Shown here in pieces: positions 1 to 7,764 of a stretch of 28,797 bases of DNA (position 1 is its first letter; each line of letters begins with the position of its first letter). This DNA comes from Sulfurospirillum sp. (GTDB lineage: Bacteria > Campylobacterota > Campylobacteria > Campylobacterales > Sulfurospirillaceae): positions 1-28,797 of the forward strand of contig JASFYR010000031.1 in assembly GCA_045047115.1 (NCBI GenBank), given 5' to 3'. Both the position numbers and the translations under genes were made by a program. The notes beneath the pieces are model-generated. The model had not been told where the DNA came from. It worked only from the letters and a program-made list of their open reading frames with translations, and searched no databases.

Positions 1-41
1 AAACTTTTTAAAAAGTTTAAAGTTTAACCCTGACCCCTTTT
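1..41. repeat. Partial copy of a palindromic REP/MITE-like repeat, left arm cut by the window edge
   Basis: Positions 9-41 (taaaaagtttaaagtttaaccctgacccctttt) are identical to 17206-17238. The centre aaacttttt|aaaaagttt is a loopless palindrome. Confidence 0.85.
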
Positions 42-69
42 GTGGTTTTTATTACTTTTGTGGTTTTTA
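37..69. repeat. 15-bp direct repeat cttttgtggttttta, two copies
   Basis: Exact copies at 37-51 and 55-69. The first overlaps the palindrome end and the second includes the stop codon of the DUF465 gene. Confidence 0.85.
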
Positions 70-294
70 GAGATTGTTCTCTTTTTTGTAGTCCATGATC
101 ATGGCATATGCTTCATCTTTAAGTTTTAGTTTCTCTTTTTTTAGTTTATCAAGTTCCGCATCATCCATAAATTCTCTTCCTGCATCTATATCACTTATCT
201 TTTGATCAAGTTCATTGTGTCTCTCAAAGATTTTGGCAAAGTGGGCATTTTTGGTTTTTATTTCAGATATTATATCTCTGTACTCGTGTAGCAT
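67..294 (-). CDS. YdcH/DUF465 family small coiled-coil protein
   Basis: 75 aa with MLHEYRDII...HFAKIFERHNELD...LKKEKLKLKDE, typical of the family. SD AAGGAG upstream. Confidence 0.85.
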   Translation of the reverse strand: MLHEYRDIISEIKTKNAHFAKIFERHNELDQKISDIDAGREFMDDAELDKLKKEKLKLKDEAYAMIMDYKKENNL

Positions 295-318
295 TTTTTC
301 TCCTTAGTAATTTTATGT

Positions 319-327
319 ATTCTATCA
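319..327 (-). promoter_or_regulatory. Putative extended -10 promoter (TGaTAGAAT) of the DUF465 gene
   Basis: Matches TGnTAnAAT about 25 bp upstream of the start codon. Confidence 0.5.
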
Positions 328-337
328 AAGAAATGCT

Positions 338-1522
338 TTAAGTTCTATAATCTGCATTTATCTTTACATATTCATAGCTTAAATCACATCCATAGGCAGT
401 ATATGAGAAGTTGCCCATATTTAGATTGCATGTTATTTTGAATGACTCTTTTTTCATCACCTTGGTGGCTTTTTGTTCTGTAGCTTCTTCTAGGATTGGA
501 TGTTCTTTGGAGTATATTAAAATATTGTCATAGTAGATTTCCAACTTTTCTTCATCACAAGTTGTTCCTGCTGCTCCTATGGTTGAGGCGATTCTGCCCC
601 AGTTTGGGTCCTCGCCAAAAAGTGCAGTTTTTACTAAAAGTGAATTGCTTAGGGCTTTTGCAGCTTTGTTTGCCTCTTCTTGGTTGGTTGCACCATTTAC
701 CTCAAAAGCTACCACCTTATTTGATCCTTCCCCGTCTCTTAGTATCATTAGGCTTAAATTTTTTGTTAACAATTTTAATGCTTCTTTAAATGCTGTCTTA
801 TCATAACTCTTTTTTGCATGGTTTGCGAGTAGTAAAACAGTATCATTTGTAGATGTATCACCATCAACGCTTATTCTGTTAAAGGATTCTTCAACACACT
901 CTTTTAGTGTTTTATCCATATCTTCTTTTGGTATATTTGCATCAGTTGTCAAAAAACAGAGCATTGTAGCCATAGCCGGATTTATCATGCCAGCTCCCTT
1001 GCAGATACCTGCTATATGAAAAAACTCACCGCTGTCTAATTCAACTCTAAAGCAAAGCTGTTTGGCAAAGCTGTCTGTTGTCATGATAGCATGTGAGCAG
1101 TTGTTTGAATTTTTTGAATTAAAATCAAATCTGTTTGCAGCAGCTATTATCTTCTCTTTATCGAGTGGGTACCCGATAACACCTGTTGAACTCATTACAG
1201 GGTTTGTTAATTTTATATTTTTTATATTTTTAAAGATAAAATCTATATCATCTATGCCTTTTTGACCTGTTATGGCATTTGCATTTTTTGAATTCATCAG
1301 GATAAAATTTGTTTTAAAGTCTTTCGGGTGCCTTTTAAAGTGCTTTATAGGAGCTGCCTGAAATTTGTTTGTAGTGAAAACCGCAGAAATATCACACTCT
1401 TTTTCACTTCTTATAAAGGCAACATCGTACTCACCGTTTTTTTTAAATCCTGCGCTTATGCCACCGCTGAAAAAACCCTCAACATTGTCTATACCGTTTT
1501 TTAATGAGATTAGATTAAACAT
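338..1522 (-). CDS. argJ: Bifunctional glutamate N-acetyltransferase / amino-acid acetyltransferase
   Basis: Motifs NSKNANA, IMTTD, KGAGMINPAMATML, VDGDTSTNDT, DPNWGRI and C-terminal YVKINADYRT. Confidence 0.97.
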   Translation of the reverse strand: MFNLISLKNGIDNVEGFFSGGISAGFKKNGEYDVAFIRSEKECDISAVFTTNKFQAAPIKHFKRHPKDFKTNFILMNSKNANAITGQKGIDDIDFIFKNIKNIKLTNPVMSSTGVIGYPLDKEKIIAAANRFDFNSKNSNNCSHAIMTTDSFAKQLCFRVELDSGEFFHIAGICKGAGMINPAMATMLCFLTTDANIPKEDMDKTLKECVEESFNRISVDGDTSTNDTVLLLANHAKKSYDKTAFKEALKLLTKNLSLMILRDGEGSNKVVAFEVNGATNQEEANKAAKALSNSLLVKTALFGEDPNWGRIASTIGAAGTTCDEEKLEIYYDNILIYSKEHPILEEATEQKATKVMKKESFKITCNLNMGNFSYTAYGCDLSYEYVKINADYRT

Positions 1523-2645
1523 ATTTTAACTCTTCTGGTTTATATCTGTTTTTTATGATAATTTTTGCGTCTCTTATTCCCTTGCCGGTTCCAACAAGAA
1601 GCAGTTTTGAATTGCTTGTGATTAGTGTATCGCCTCTTGGCATGGGAGTAAATTTTCCATTTGATTCTTCTATGCCTACTATGCTGACATTTGTTATCTC
1701 TCTTATATGGGCTTCTCTTATCTTTTTATATCTTAGCCATGAGGTATCTGGTATCTCTACCTCCTCCATGTCTATAGGTATGTCTCGTCTGTAAAGTATG
1801 TTTTCGAGCATATTTTCCATATCCGGTCTTACACTCATGGCACTTATCCTTTGGGCCATCAGTTTTGTAGCACTCACTACACTGTCGGCTCCTAGTTTTT
1901 TTAGTTTATTTATATCGTTTATGTTATTTGCCTGAGACATAATGAAGTATGGTTTTTTCAAGCCTAACTCTTTTTCAAAAAGTCTTGTAGTTGCGATTTG
2001 AGCAATATTGTCAGCTAGGTTAATGCTTAGTGTTATCAAGCCTTTTGCACTCGAAAGACCTGACTTTAGAAGTGCTGTTTCAGTATGTGGCTCCTCTTTG
2101 ATAAAATAGGGATATTTGTATTTTTGAGCGATTTGAGGTAGGTTTTCGTCCGGTGCAACTACAACAAATGGCACATGGTTCTCCCTAAATTGCTTTGAGA
2201 GCTCTATGGTGTATTCGTTGTGGTAACAGATCACAAAATGGTTTTTTAAACGAGCTATTTTATATAACATCTGACGCTCCTTAAATATTCTGACAAAATC
2301 TCCCTTATTTAACACTTCTATAAGGATACCTACAGAAAATGAGAATACACCAAAACCCAATATTATGAGGGTTATAGTGAAAATTCTCCCACCTTCTGAA
2401 ATCGGAGCAATCTCTCCGAATCCAACAGTAGTAAAGGTGATACCAGCTTGATATATCGCATCACTTAGAGAAAAATCATCAATTATGATATATCCTAGCG
2501 CTCCTAGCATAATCATAAGTACCGTCAATATAAGAGGGAGACGGAAAGGTTTGAGTTCTTGGTAGAGTTTTGTGTCTAAACTAATCGCGGGGACTTTTCT
2601 GTCACTCCAGTGTAAAAGCTTTTTGATTTTTTGAAGTAAAGACAC
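1515..2645 (-). CDS. Potassium channel protein (two TM helices, pore loop, TrkA-N/TrkA-C RCK domains)
   Basis: Pore signature TTVGFG between hydrophobic helices, followed by RCK-like regions (HFVIC..., LKKLGADSVVS). GTG start. Confidence 0.92.
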   Translation of the reverse strand: MSLLQKIKKLLHWSDRKVPAISLDTKLYQELKPFRLPLILTVLMIMLGALGYIIIDDFSLSDAIYQAGITFTTVGFGEIAPISEGGRIFTITLIILGFGVFSFSVGILIEVLNKGDFVRIFKERQMLYKIARLKNHFVICYHNEYTIELSKQFRENHVPFVVVAPDENLPQIAQKYKYPYFIKEEPHTETALLKSGLSSAKGLITLSINLADNIAQIATTRLFEKELGLKKPYFIMSQANNINDINKLKKLGADSVVSATKLMAQRISAMSVRPDMENMLENILYRRDIPIDMEEVEIPDTSWLRYKKIREAHIREITNVSIVGIEESNGKFTPMPRGDTLITSNSKLLLVGTGKGIRDAKIIIKNRYKPEELKYV

Positions 2646-2680
2646 TTAAGTCACTTTAAATCCCCGGTTTAGGGGTGAGA

Positions 2681-2869
2681 TTAAGCGTTTTTCTTCATTG
2701 TGCGAAGCGTAGAAGCAGCAACTTTTATCTTTCTGGTTGTGCCATCTTCTAGCGTAACTCTCACTGTTCTTAGATTTGGAAGAAATCTTCTTTTTGTTTT
2801 ATTGTGAGCATGACTTACATTGTTTCCGACCATAGGTCCCTTGCCAGTTATCGCGCATCTTTTTGCCAT
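2681..2869 (-). CDS. rpmB: 50S ribosomal protein L28
   Basis: [33 protein letters not shown]. Confidence 0.99.
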   Translation of the reverse strand: MAKRCAITGKGPMVGNNVSHAHNKTKRRFLPNLRTVRVTLEDGTTRKIKVAASTLRTMKKNA

Positions 2870-2901
2870 TTTAAATTCCTTGAGTTTTTTATAAGGACGA
2901 T

Positions 2902-2910
2902 ATTATACCA
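2902..2910 (-). promoter_or_regulatory. Extended -10 promoter (TGgTATAAT) of rpmB
   Basis: Perfect TGnTATAAT upstream of the SD (AAGGA) and ATG. Confidence 0.65.
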
Positions 2911-2977
2911 AAAATTTATAAAGGTTTTATGAAATTAACGATAAAATCTGAAAATTTCTAAAATCAAGGATGTTTTC

Positions 2978-3763
2978 TTGTTGCATAAGCATGATATAGA
3001 TAAATATTTGAATTCTATTCCCCCAATTCCCCAAACTATAAAATCTACACTTGCGTATTTGGATAGTTCAGATATGATTCAGGCTGCAAATATCGCAAAA
3101 GAGGACAGTGCTTTTGTGGAGTATCTCTCCCGTGTGGTAAATAAGCCTATTTTTGGATTTAGAGATGAAATTAAAAATGTAAATCAAATTTTTGGTATTT
3201 TAGGACTCAACCGTGCAAAACAGGTTATTTACAGCTACTATATGCAAATAATTTTGCCTCATGACTGGGAAGTTTTTGATTTTACAAGCCGGAAATTTCA
3301 AGATTTACAGGCAAATTTGATGATACAGTGGAGTAGAATTTTAAATGCTTTGAAAATTCAAGATAGAGATTTGGAGCACAGTATAACTCTGATACCGGCT
3401 TCGTTGATTGTGTGTGAGATGTTGTTTCGTGATATAAAAGATACGATTTCTATATTGCGCGAGACAAAAGAGATAACTTATGATGAGATACTTTATAAAA
3501 TGTCAGGTTACAGGCTCTTGGATGTGGTTGAGCAGATTGCAAAAAAATGGGATTTTAAAAAGAGTGTTACTGCTTTTGTTAAAAGTGCAATAGATGGCAA
3601 ATCAAAGAGAAAACCAGATGTCTATTTGAGGTTGTTGTTAGCTTATGAGATGAGTAAGCCTTATATCATCAGAAGTGGATTAAATGATTTTTTTGATTTT
3701 TCACAGAGTTTCAAAGAAGAAGAGATAATAAAATTTCAAAATATGATTGAAATGGATATATAG
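2978..3763 (+). CDS. HDOD domain protein
   Basis: N-terminal IPPIP...ANIAKED...LSRVVNKPIFGF...ILGLN and later IAKKWDF, both HDOD-like. TTG start with AAGGA SD. Confidence 0.85.
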   Translation: MLHKHDIDKYLNSIPPIPQTIKSTLAYLDSSDMIQAANIAKEDSAFVEYLSRVVNKPIFGFRDEIKNVNQIFGILGLNRAKQVIYSYYMQIILPHDWEVFDFTSRKFQDLQANLMIQWSRILNALKIQDRDLEHSITLIPASLIVCEMLFRDIKDTISILRETKEITYDEILYKMSGYRLLDVVEQIAKKWDFKKSVTAFVKSAIDGKSKRKPDVYLRLLLAYEMSKPYIIRSGLNDFFDFSQSFKEEEIIKFQNMIEMDI

Positions 3764-3766
3764 ATT

Positions 3767-3850
3767 ATGAGACCACCACATTTATATTTCAAATCTCACC
3801 CAAATATTGGCTTTTGTGGGTGTTGTTACTGCGTGGTGGTCTCATTATGA
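3767..3850 (+). CDS. Possible 27-aa uORF MRPPHLYFKSHPNIGFCGCCYCVVVSL
   Basis: Open frame from ATG 3767 to TGA 3850, overlapping the next start as ATGA. Whether it is translated is unknown. Confidence 0.25.
   Translation: MRPPHLYFKSHPNIGFCGCCYCVVVSL
3769..3843. mobile_element. 75-bp MITE-like element with 11-bp TIRs and a 5-bp target duplication
   Basis: Perfect inverted repeat GAGACCACCAC (3769-3779) / GTGGTGGTCTC (3833-3843), flanked by ATTAT at 3764-3768 and 3844-3848. Inner CACCCA/TGGGTG stem. Confidence 0.55.
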
Positions 3851-5226
3851 AGCCTATCATCAAAAATAGTGTTGCTATTTTTCATCCTAGCGGATTTTTA
3901 GATGGAAATAATGCCATGACGATTATAACAGGCATAGATGAAAATGAGATACTATTAAAAAAACCAGATGCTGTATTTGTATCTTTGAAAAAAATTATAT
4001 TTTTCAATAAAAAAGGTATGGCATATCTTGTTGACAGATTGACTTTTCTAAAAGATGAATGTACTGCCTTTGTAGGCTTTTGTGACTATGATCATAAAAA
4101 ATATAGTTCTATATTGGATATGTTTGCTGATGATATTAGTTTTTCACTGCTTGAGAGCGAGGATGTACTTTTTCTGTTTGCAGGCACTAAGAAAATCGAC
4201 TCGAAAAGTATCATCATCTACTCAGATAACCATAGTCAGAAAAATCAGCTGGCGATGGCTTTGATAGAGAGAAAATTAGATGTTAAAATTGCAAAAGATG
4301 AGATAGAATTTAAAAAAGAGAGAAAAAAATTTGACTTTATTGTTGAAAACTCTTATATAGGAAATATAGAGAAAAAAGTATCTGTTTTTATAAAAAACAA
4401 TGTTATTATTTATACTCTAAAGGGCTTTATCGATTCTGCTATAACCAACACATTCGATATGAAATATCACAGAAACTCCATAAAAGTCGGTTTTAGAATT
4501 TTTTGTTTTGATGTTTCGGATGTATCATCTATCAATATTCACGGGGCAAATTTTTTATCAAAGCTTTCAATTGAGGGTGCAGAATTTGGCGTGAGTATTG
4601 TTGTGTGTGGACTTCATTCAAATAAAACAACAAAAATTTTAACCCAGGATTTAGAGGATGCCGGCATTTTACTTTATGATGACTTGAAGAGCTTTTTTAC
4701 CGATGAAGAGTTTCTCTCTCGAACAGGCATTGAGGCGCAAAGAATAGTCAAAAAAGTAAATATTGATAAAAAAATTATCTCTATTTTGCCAAGCGTTATA
4801 GAGGCAACGGTCCATACTGTAGAAGTTTTATCAGATAAAAAACCCAACAAGCAAAATGTAAAAATTCAAAAATTGGACTTGAAACAAGAGGATGATTTCT
4901 TGATATCGATAGTGGGTATATATAGGGGTATTGATGCTATTTTTATATTGGCTATTGATAAAAAAGATGCCACTGAGGTGTGCAAGATTTTGTTGATGGA
5001 TGAGTTTACGCAAGAAGAGTTGTTTGATGCATTTAGTGAGTTTACAAATGTAATCAGTGGCAAGATTGTACAGATGCTAAAGAGTAAACATATAGATATA
5101 GAAGTAACTATGCCAAGGATATTTGATAAGATATCAGAGGTGAAAAAACTGGAGAGTACCAATTATGGTGTTCAGGTTGATTTTAAAATTCAAAACAAAG
5201 ATATGATTATATTTTTAACAAGATAA
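3847..5226 (+). CDS. Multidomain signalling protein: two STAS-like repeats, a degenerate receiver-like linker and a C-terminal CheX/CheC-like domain
   Basis: STAS-like GFLDGNNA...VSLKKIIFFNKKG and GFIDSAIT...FDVSDVSSINIHG. CheC/CheX-type DAFSEFTNVISG...TMP. Start taken at ATG 3847 rather than TTG 3814, which lies inside the hairpin. Confidence 0.7.
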   Translation: MKPIIKNSVAIFHPSGFLDGNNAMTIITGIDENEILLKKPDAVFVSLKKIIFFNKKGMAYLVDRLTFLKDECTAFVGFCDYDHKKYSSILDMFADDISFSLLESEDVLFLFAGTKKIDSKSIIIYSDNHSQKNQLAMALIERKLDVKIAKDEIEFKKERKKFDFIVENSYIGNIEKKVSVFIKNNVIIYTLKGFIDSAITNTFDMKYHRNSIKVGFRIFCFDVSDVSSINIHGANFLSKLSIEGAEFGVSIVVCGLHSNKTTKILTQDLEDAGILLYDDLKSFFTDEEFLSRTGIEAQRIVKKVNIDKKIISILPSVIEATVHTVEVLSDKKPNKQNVKIQKLDLKQEDDFLISIVGIYRGIDAIFILAIDKKDATEVCKILLMDEFTQEELFDAFSEFTNVISGKIVQMLKSKHIDIEVTMPRIFDKISEVKKLESTNYGVQVDFKIQNKDMIIFLTR

Positions 5227-5242
5227 GGGAGAGTAAAATAAA

Positions 5243-5884
5243 ATGATGGTAGCACCAAGTATCCTCTCAGCCGATTTTGGAAGGCTGGACGAGGAGATAA
5301 AAGCTATATGTGACGGAGGTTGTGATCTTGTACATGTAGATGTGATGGACGGGCATTTTGTGCCAAATATGACTATTGGACCAGTGGTTGTCAGTGCGGT
5401 TGCAAAAGTGGCAACAAAGCCACTTGATATTCACCTGATGGTTCAAAACAATACCTTTTTTGTTGATCTGTTTGCTGGGCTTAAACCCGAATTTATCTCT
5501 TTTCATATAGAAGAGGAGAAACATCCGCACAGATTGATACAAAAAATTAGAAGTTATGGCATACGCCCGGCTGTTGTCTTAAACCCTCATACCCCGCCCT
5601 CGTCTGTTGAGTATCTTCTAGAAGATTTGGATATGGTGCTTTTAATGAGTGTAAATCCTGGGTTTGGTGGTCAAAAGTTTATACCATCGGTTATAGAAAA
5701 AGCGAGAAAACTAAAGGCTATGATAAATTCAAGAGATCTTTCAACTCTTATAGAAGTTGATGGTGGAGTAAATGATAAAAACATCAAAGAGTTGAATAGT
5801 GCAGGTGTTGATATAGTAGTTGCAGGAAATTATATTTTTGGAAACAAATCATATAAAGATGCGATAAGTAGTCTAAAACAGTGA
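5243..5884 (+). CDS. rpe: Ribulose-phosphate 3-epimerase
   Basis: APSILSADF, HVDVMDGHFVPN, MSVNPGFGGQKF, EVDGGVN. Confidence 0.98.
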   Translation: MMVAPSILSADFGRLDEEIKAICDGGCDLVHVDVMDGHFVPNMTIGPVVVSAVAKVATKPLDIHLMVQNNTFFVDLFAGLKPEFISFHIEEEKHPHRLIQKIRSYGIRPAVVLNPHTPPSSVEYLLEDLDMVLLMSVNPGFGGQKFIPSVIEKARKLKAMINSRDLSTLIEVDGGVNDKNIKELNSAGVDIVVAGNYIFGNKSYKDAISSLKQ

Positions 5885-6474
5885 TGCCTAGAGTAAAAAT
5901 CTGCGGTATAACGAATATAGAAGATGCTCAAAAAGCCATAGAGTTTGGTGCTGATGCTTTAGGGTTTGTCTTTTATGAAAAATCTCCTAGATATATAGAG
6001 CCCAGTGTTGCAAAAGAGATAGTTAAAAAACTTCCACCATTTATAGAAAAAGTGGGTCTATTTGTAAATACGACAGCTTCAAAAATCAACTCTGCATGTA
6101 AAGAGTCAAAAATGACTCTGGCACAAATCCATTTTGATGCCAAGGAGAGTCTCTATAGAGAGTTGGAATTGCCTCATATCAAAGTTATCAGGGCAACTTG
6201 TAAAGAGGATTTATCGAGATATGACAAAGAGTATAGAATCGTCGATGCCTTTGTAAAAAGTTTTGGCGGAGAAGGGAAGAGGGTGGAATTGAGTTGGTTT
6301 AATGGTGTGGATTGTTCTCGAATCATTTTGGCAGGAGGATTGGATGCCAGAAATTTCAAAGAGGTGAAAGATTACGGTTTTTTTGGATTTGATGTTAGCT
6401 CTGGCGTGGAGAAGAGCAAAGGTAAAAAAGATATGCAAAAATTAAAAGCTTTTTTGAAAGAGGCCAAAAATTGA
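5881..6474 (+). CDS. trpF: Phosphoribosylanthranilate isomerase (start GTG 5881 or ATG 5884)
   Basis: RVKICGIT, GADALGFVF...SPRYI, ILAGGL, DVSSGVE...GKKD. Confidence 0.96.
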   Translation: MMPRVKICGITNIEDAQKAIEFGADALGFVFYEKSPRYIEPSVAKEIVKKLPPFIEKVGLFVNTTASKINSACKESKMTLAQIHFDAKESLYRELELPHIKVIRATCKEDLSRYDKEYRIVDAFVKSFGGEGKRVELSWFNGVDCSRIILAGGLDARNFKEVKDYGFFGFDVSSGVEKSKGKKDMQKLKAFLKEAKN

Positions 6475-7259
6475 AATATTTTGACTCTTTAGTCGAAAAA
6501 CTAAAACAAAAAAAGATAGATAAAGAGAAATTTTTAAATGAACTAAAAACGATAAAATCTCTGGAAGATATAGATGTTGAAGATTTTGAAAATCTCAGAT
6601 TACTGGGCTTGCCGATTGCTCAAAAGGGCGAAGACATATACCTTGAAACTTCACAAACAAACATAAAAAACCAAAAGTTTTGTATAGTTGATATCGAAGC
6701 AAATGGAAGTAAGCCAAATGAGTTTCAAATCATAGAGATTGGTGCTGTTATGATTCAAAATGGTATTGAAATAGATAGATTTGAAACTTTTGTTTATTCT
6801 GACTTTTTACCAGGATCCATAACAATACTCACAGGAATCACACTTGAACATCTTAAAGATGCACCCTCGCTTAGCTTTGTTTTGGAGAGATTTAGGCTCT
6901 TTTTAGGGGATGCTGTATTTATAGCCCACAATGTTAATTTTGACTATAGTTTTATCTCAGCTTCCATGCAAAAAGCGGGATTTGGACCACTTCTAAATCG
7001 TAAGCTTTGCACAATTGATCTCTCAAGAAAGTGTTTTGTAGCACAAAAGTATGGTTTGGGTTTTTTGATGGAGTTCTTTGATGTCTCTTTTGGTGAGCAA
7101 CACAGGGCACTGGTCGATGCCAGAATGGCTGATTATGTTTTTAAGCAGTGCCTCTCTTGCCTGAGTGATGATGTAGAAACAACCGAAGAACTCATAGAAT
7201 TTTCAAGGCCACAAAAAAAGAAAAAGAGGCGAAAAAAGTCTAAAGATATGAGTTCTTAA
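6471..7259 (+). CDS. DEDDh 3'-5' exonuclease (DNA polymerase III epsilon-like)
   Basis: Exo I VDIEANG, Exo II AHNVNFD and Exo III HRALVDA. Confidence 0.9.
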   Translation: MKYFDSLVEKLKQKKIDKEKFLNELKTIKSLEDIDVEDFENLRLLGLPIAQKGEDIYLETSQTNIKNQKFCIVDIEANGSKPNEFQIIEIGAVMIQNGIEIDRFETFVYSDFLPGSITILTGITLEHLKDAPSLSFVLERFRLFLGDAVFIAHNVNFDYSFISASMQKAGFGPLLNRKLCTIDLSRKCFVAQKYGLGFLMEFFDVSFGEQHRALVDARMADYVFKQCLSCLSDDVETTEELIEFSRPQKKKKRRKKSKDMSS

Positions 7260-7764
7260 ACTCCACATAGTTTTGAGCTGAAATGTATAGCGACTCTATC
7301 TCCTCATCGCTTAACTCCCTTATGACTTTTGCCGGAGAGCCCATGATGAGCGAGCGTGGAGGGAAAATCTTATTTTGGGTTACAAGTGAACCGGCTCCTA
7401 CCAAAGATTCTTGTCCTATGATGGCACCATCCAGTATGGTCGCGCTCATCCCTATCAAGCAGGCATTTCCTATGACACAGCCATGAAGCATCACTCTGTG
7501 ACCAACAGTAACATTATCCCCTATGTAGGTGGAGTATCCATCACTTTTATCTTCTTTGGTATAGTGGGTAACGTGTACCATGCTTAGATCTTGGATGCTT
7601 GTATTTTTACCTATATGTATGGAGTTCACATCCCCTCTTATGACAGTCCCAAACCAAACAGAACTATCTTCTCCTATCTCAACATCACCTATCACATCGG
7701 CACTTTGAGCTATAAAGACATTTTTTTGAATTTTTGGATGAGTTTTTTTATATGCTATTATCAC
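7240..7764 (-). CDS. Gamma carbonic anhydrase family protein (left-handed beta-helix)
   Basis: Hexapeptide repeats, IRGDVN, IQD...H, VGH...LHGC, GSPAKVIR. Confidence 0.93.
   Translation of the reverse strand: MIIAYKKTHPKIQKNVFIAQSADVIGDVEIGEDSSVWFGTVIRGDVNSIHIGKNTSIQDLSMVHVTHYTKEDKSDGYSTYIGDNVTVGHRVMLHGCVIGNACLIGMSATILDGAIIGQESLVGAGSLVTQNKIFPPRSLIMGSPAKVIRELSDEEIESLYISAQNYVEFKNSYL

Noticed and set aside
2410..2435. K+ channel filter GFG instead of GYG
   Set aside because: GFG is a common natural variant of the selectivity filter.
2662..2675. CCCC/GGGG hairpin downstream of rpmB
   Set aside because: Only a 4-bp stem with a weak T-tract, too little to call a terminator.
5881..6474. trpF outside a trp operon as a sign of transfer
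   Set aside because: It is tightly coupled to rpe and the exonuclease gene with no mobility signs, and scattered biosynthetic genes are common in this phylum.
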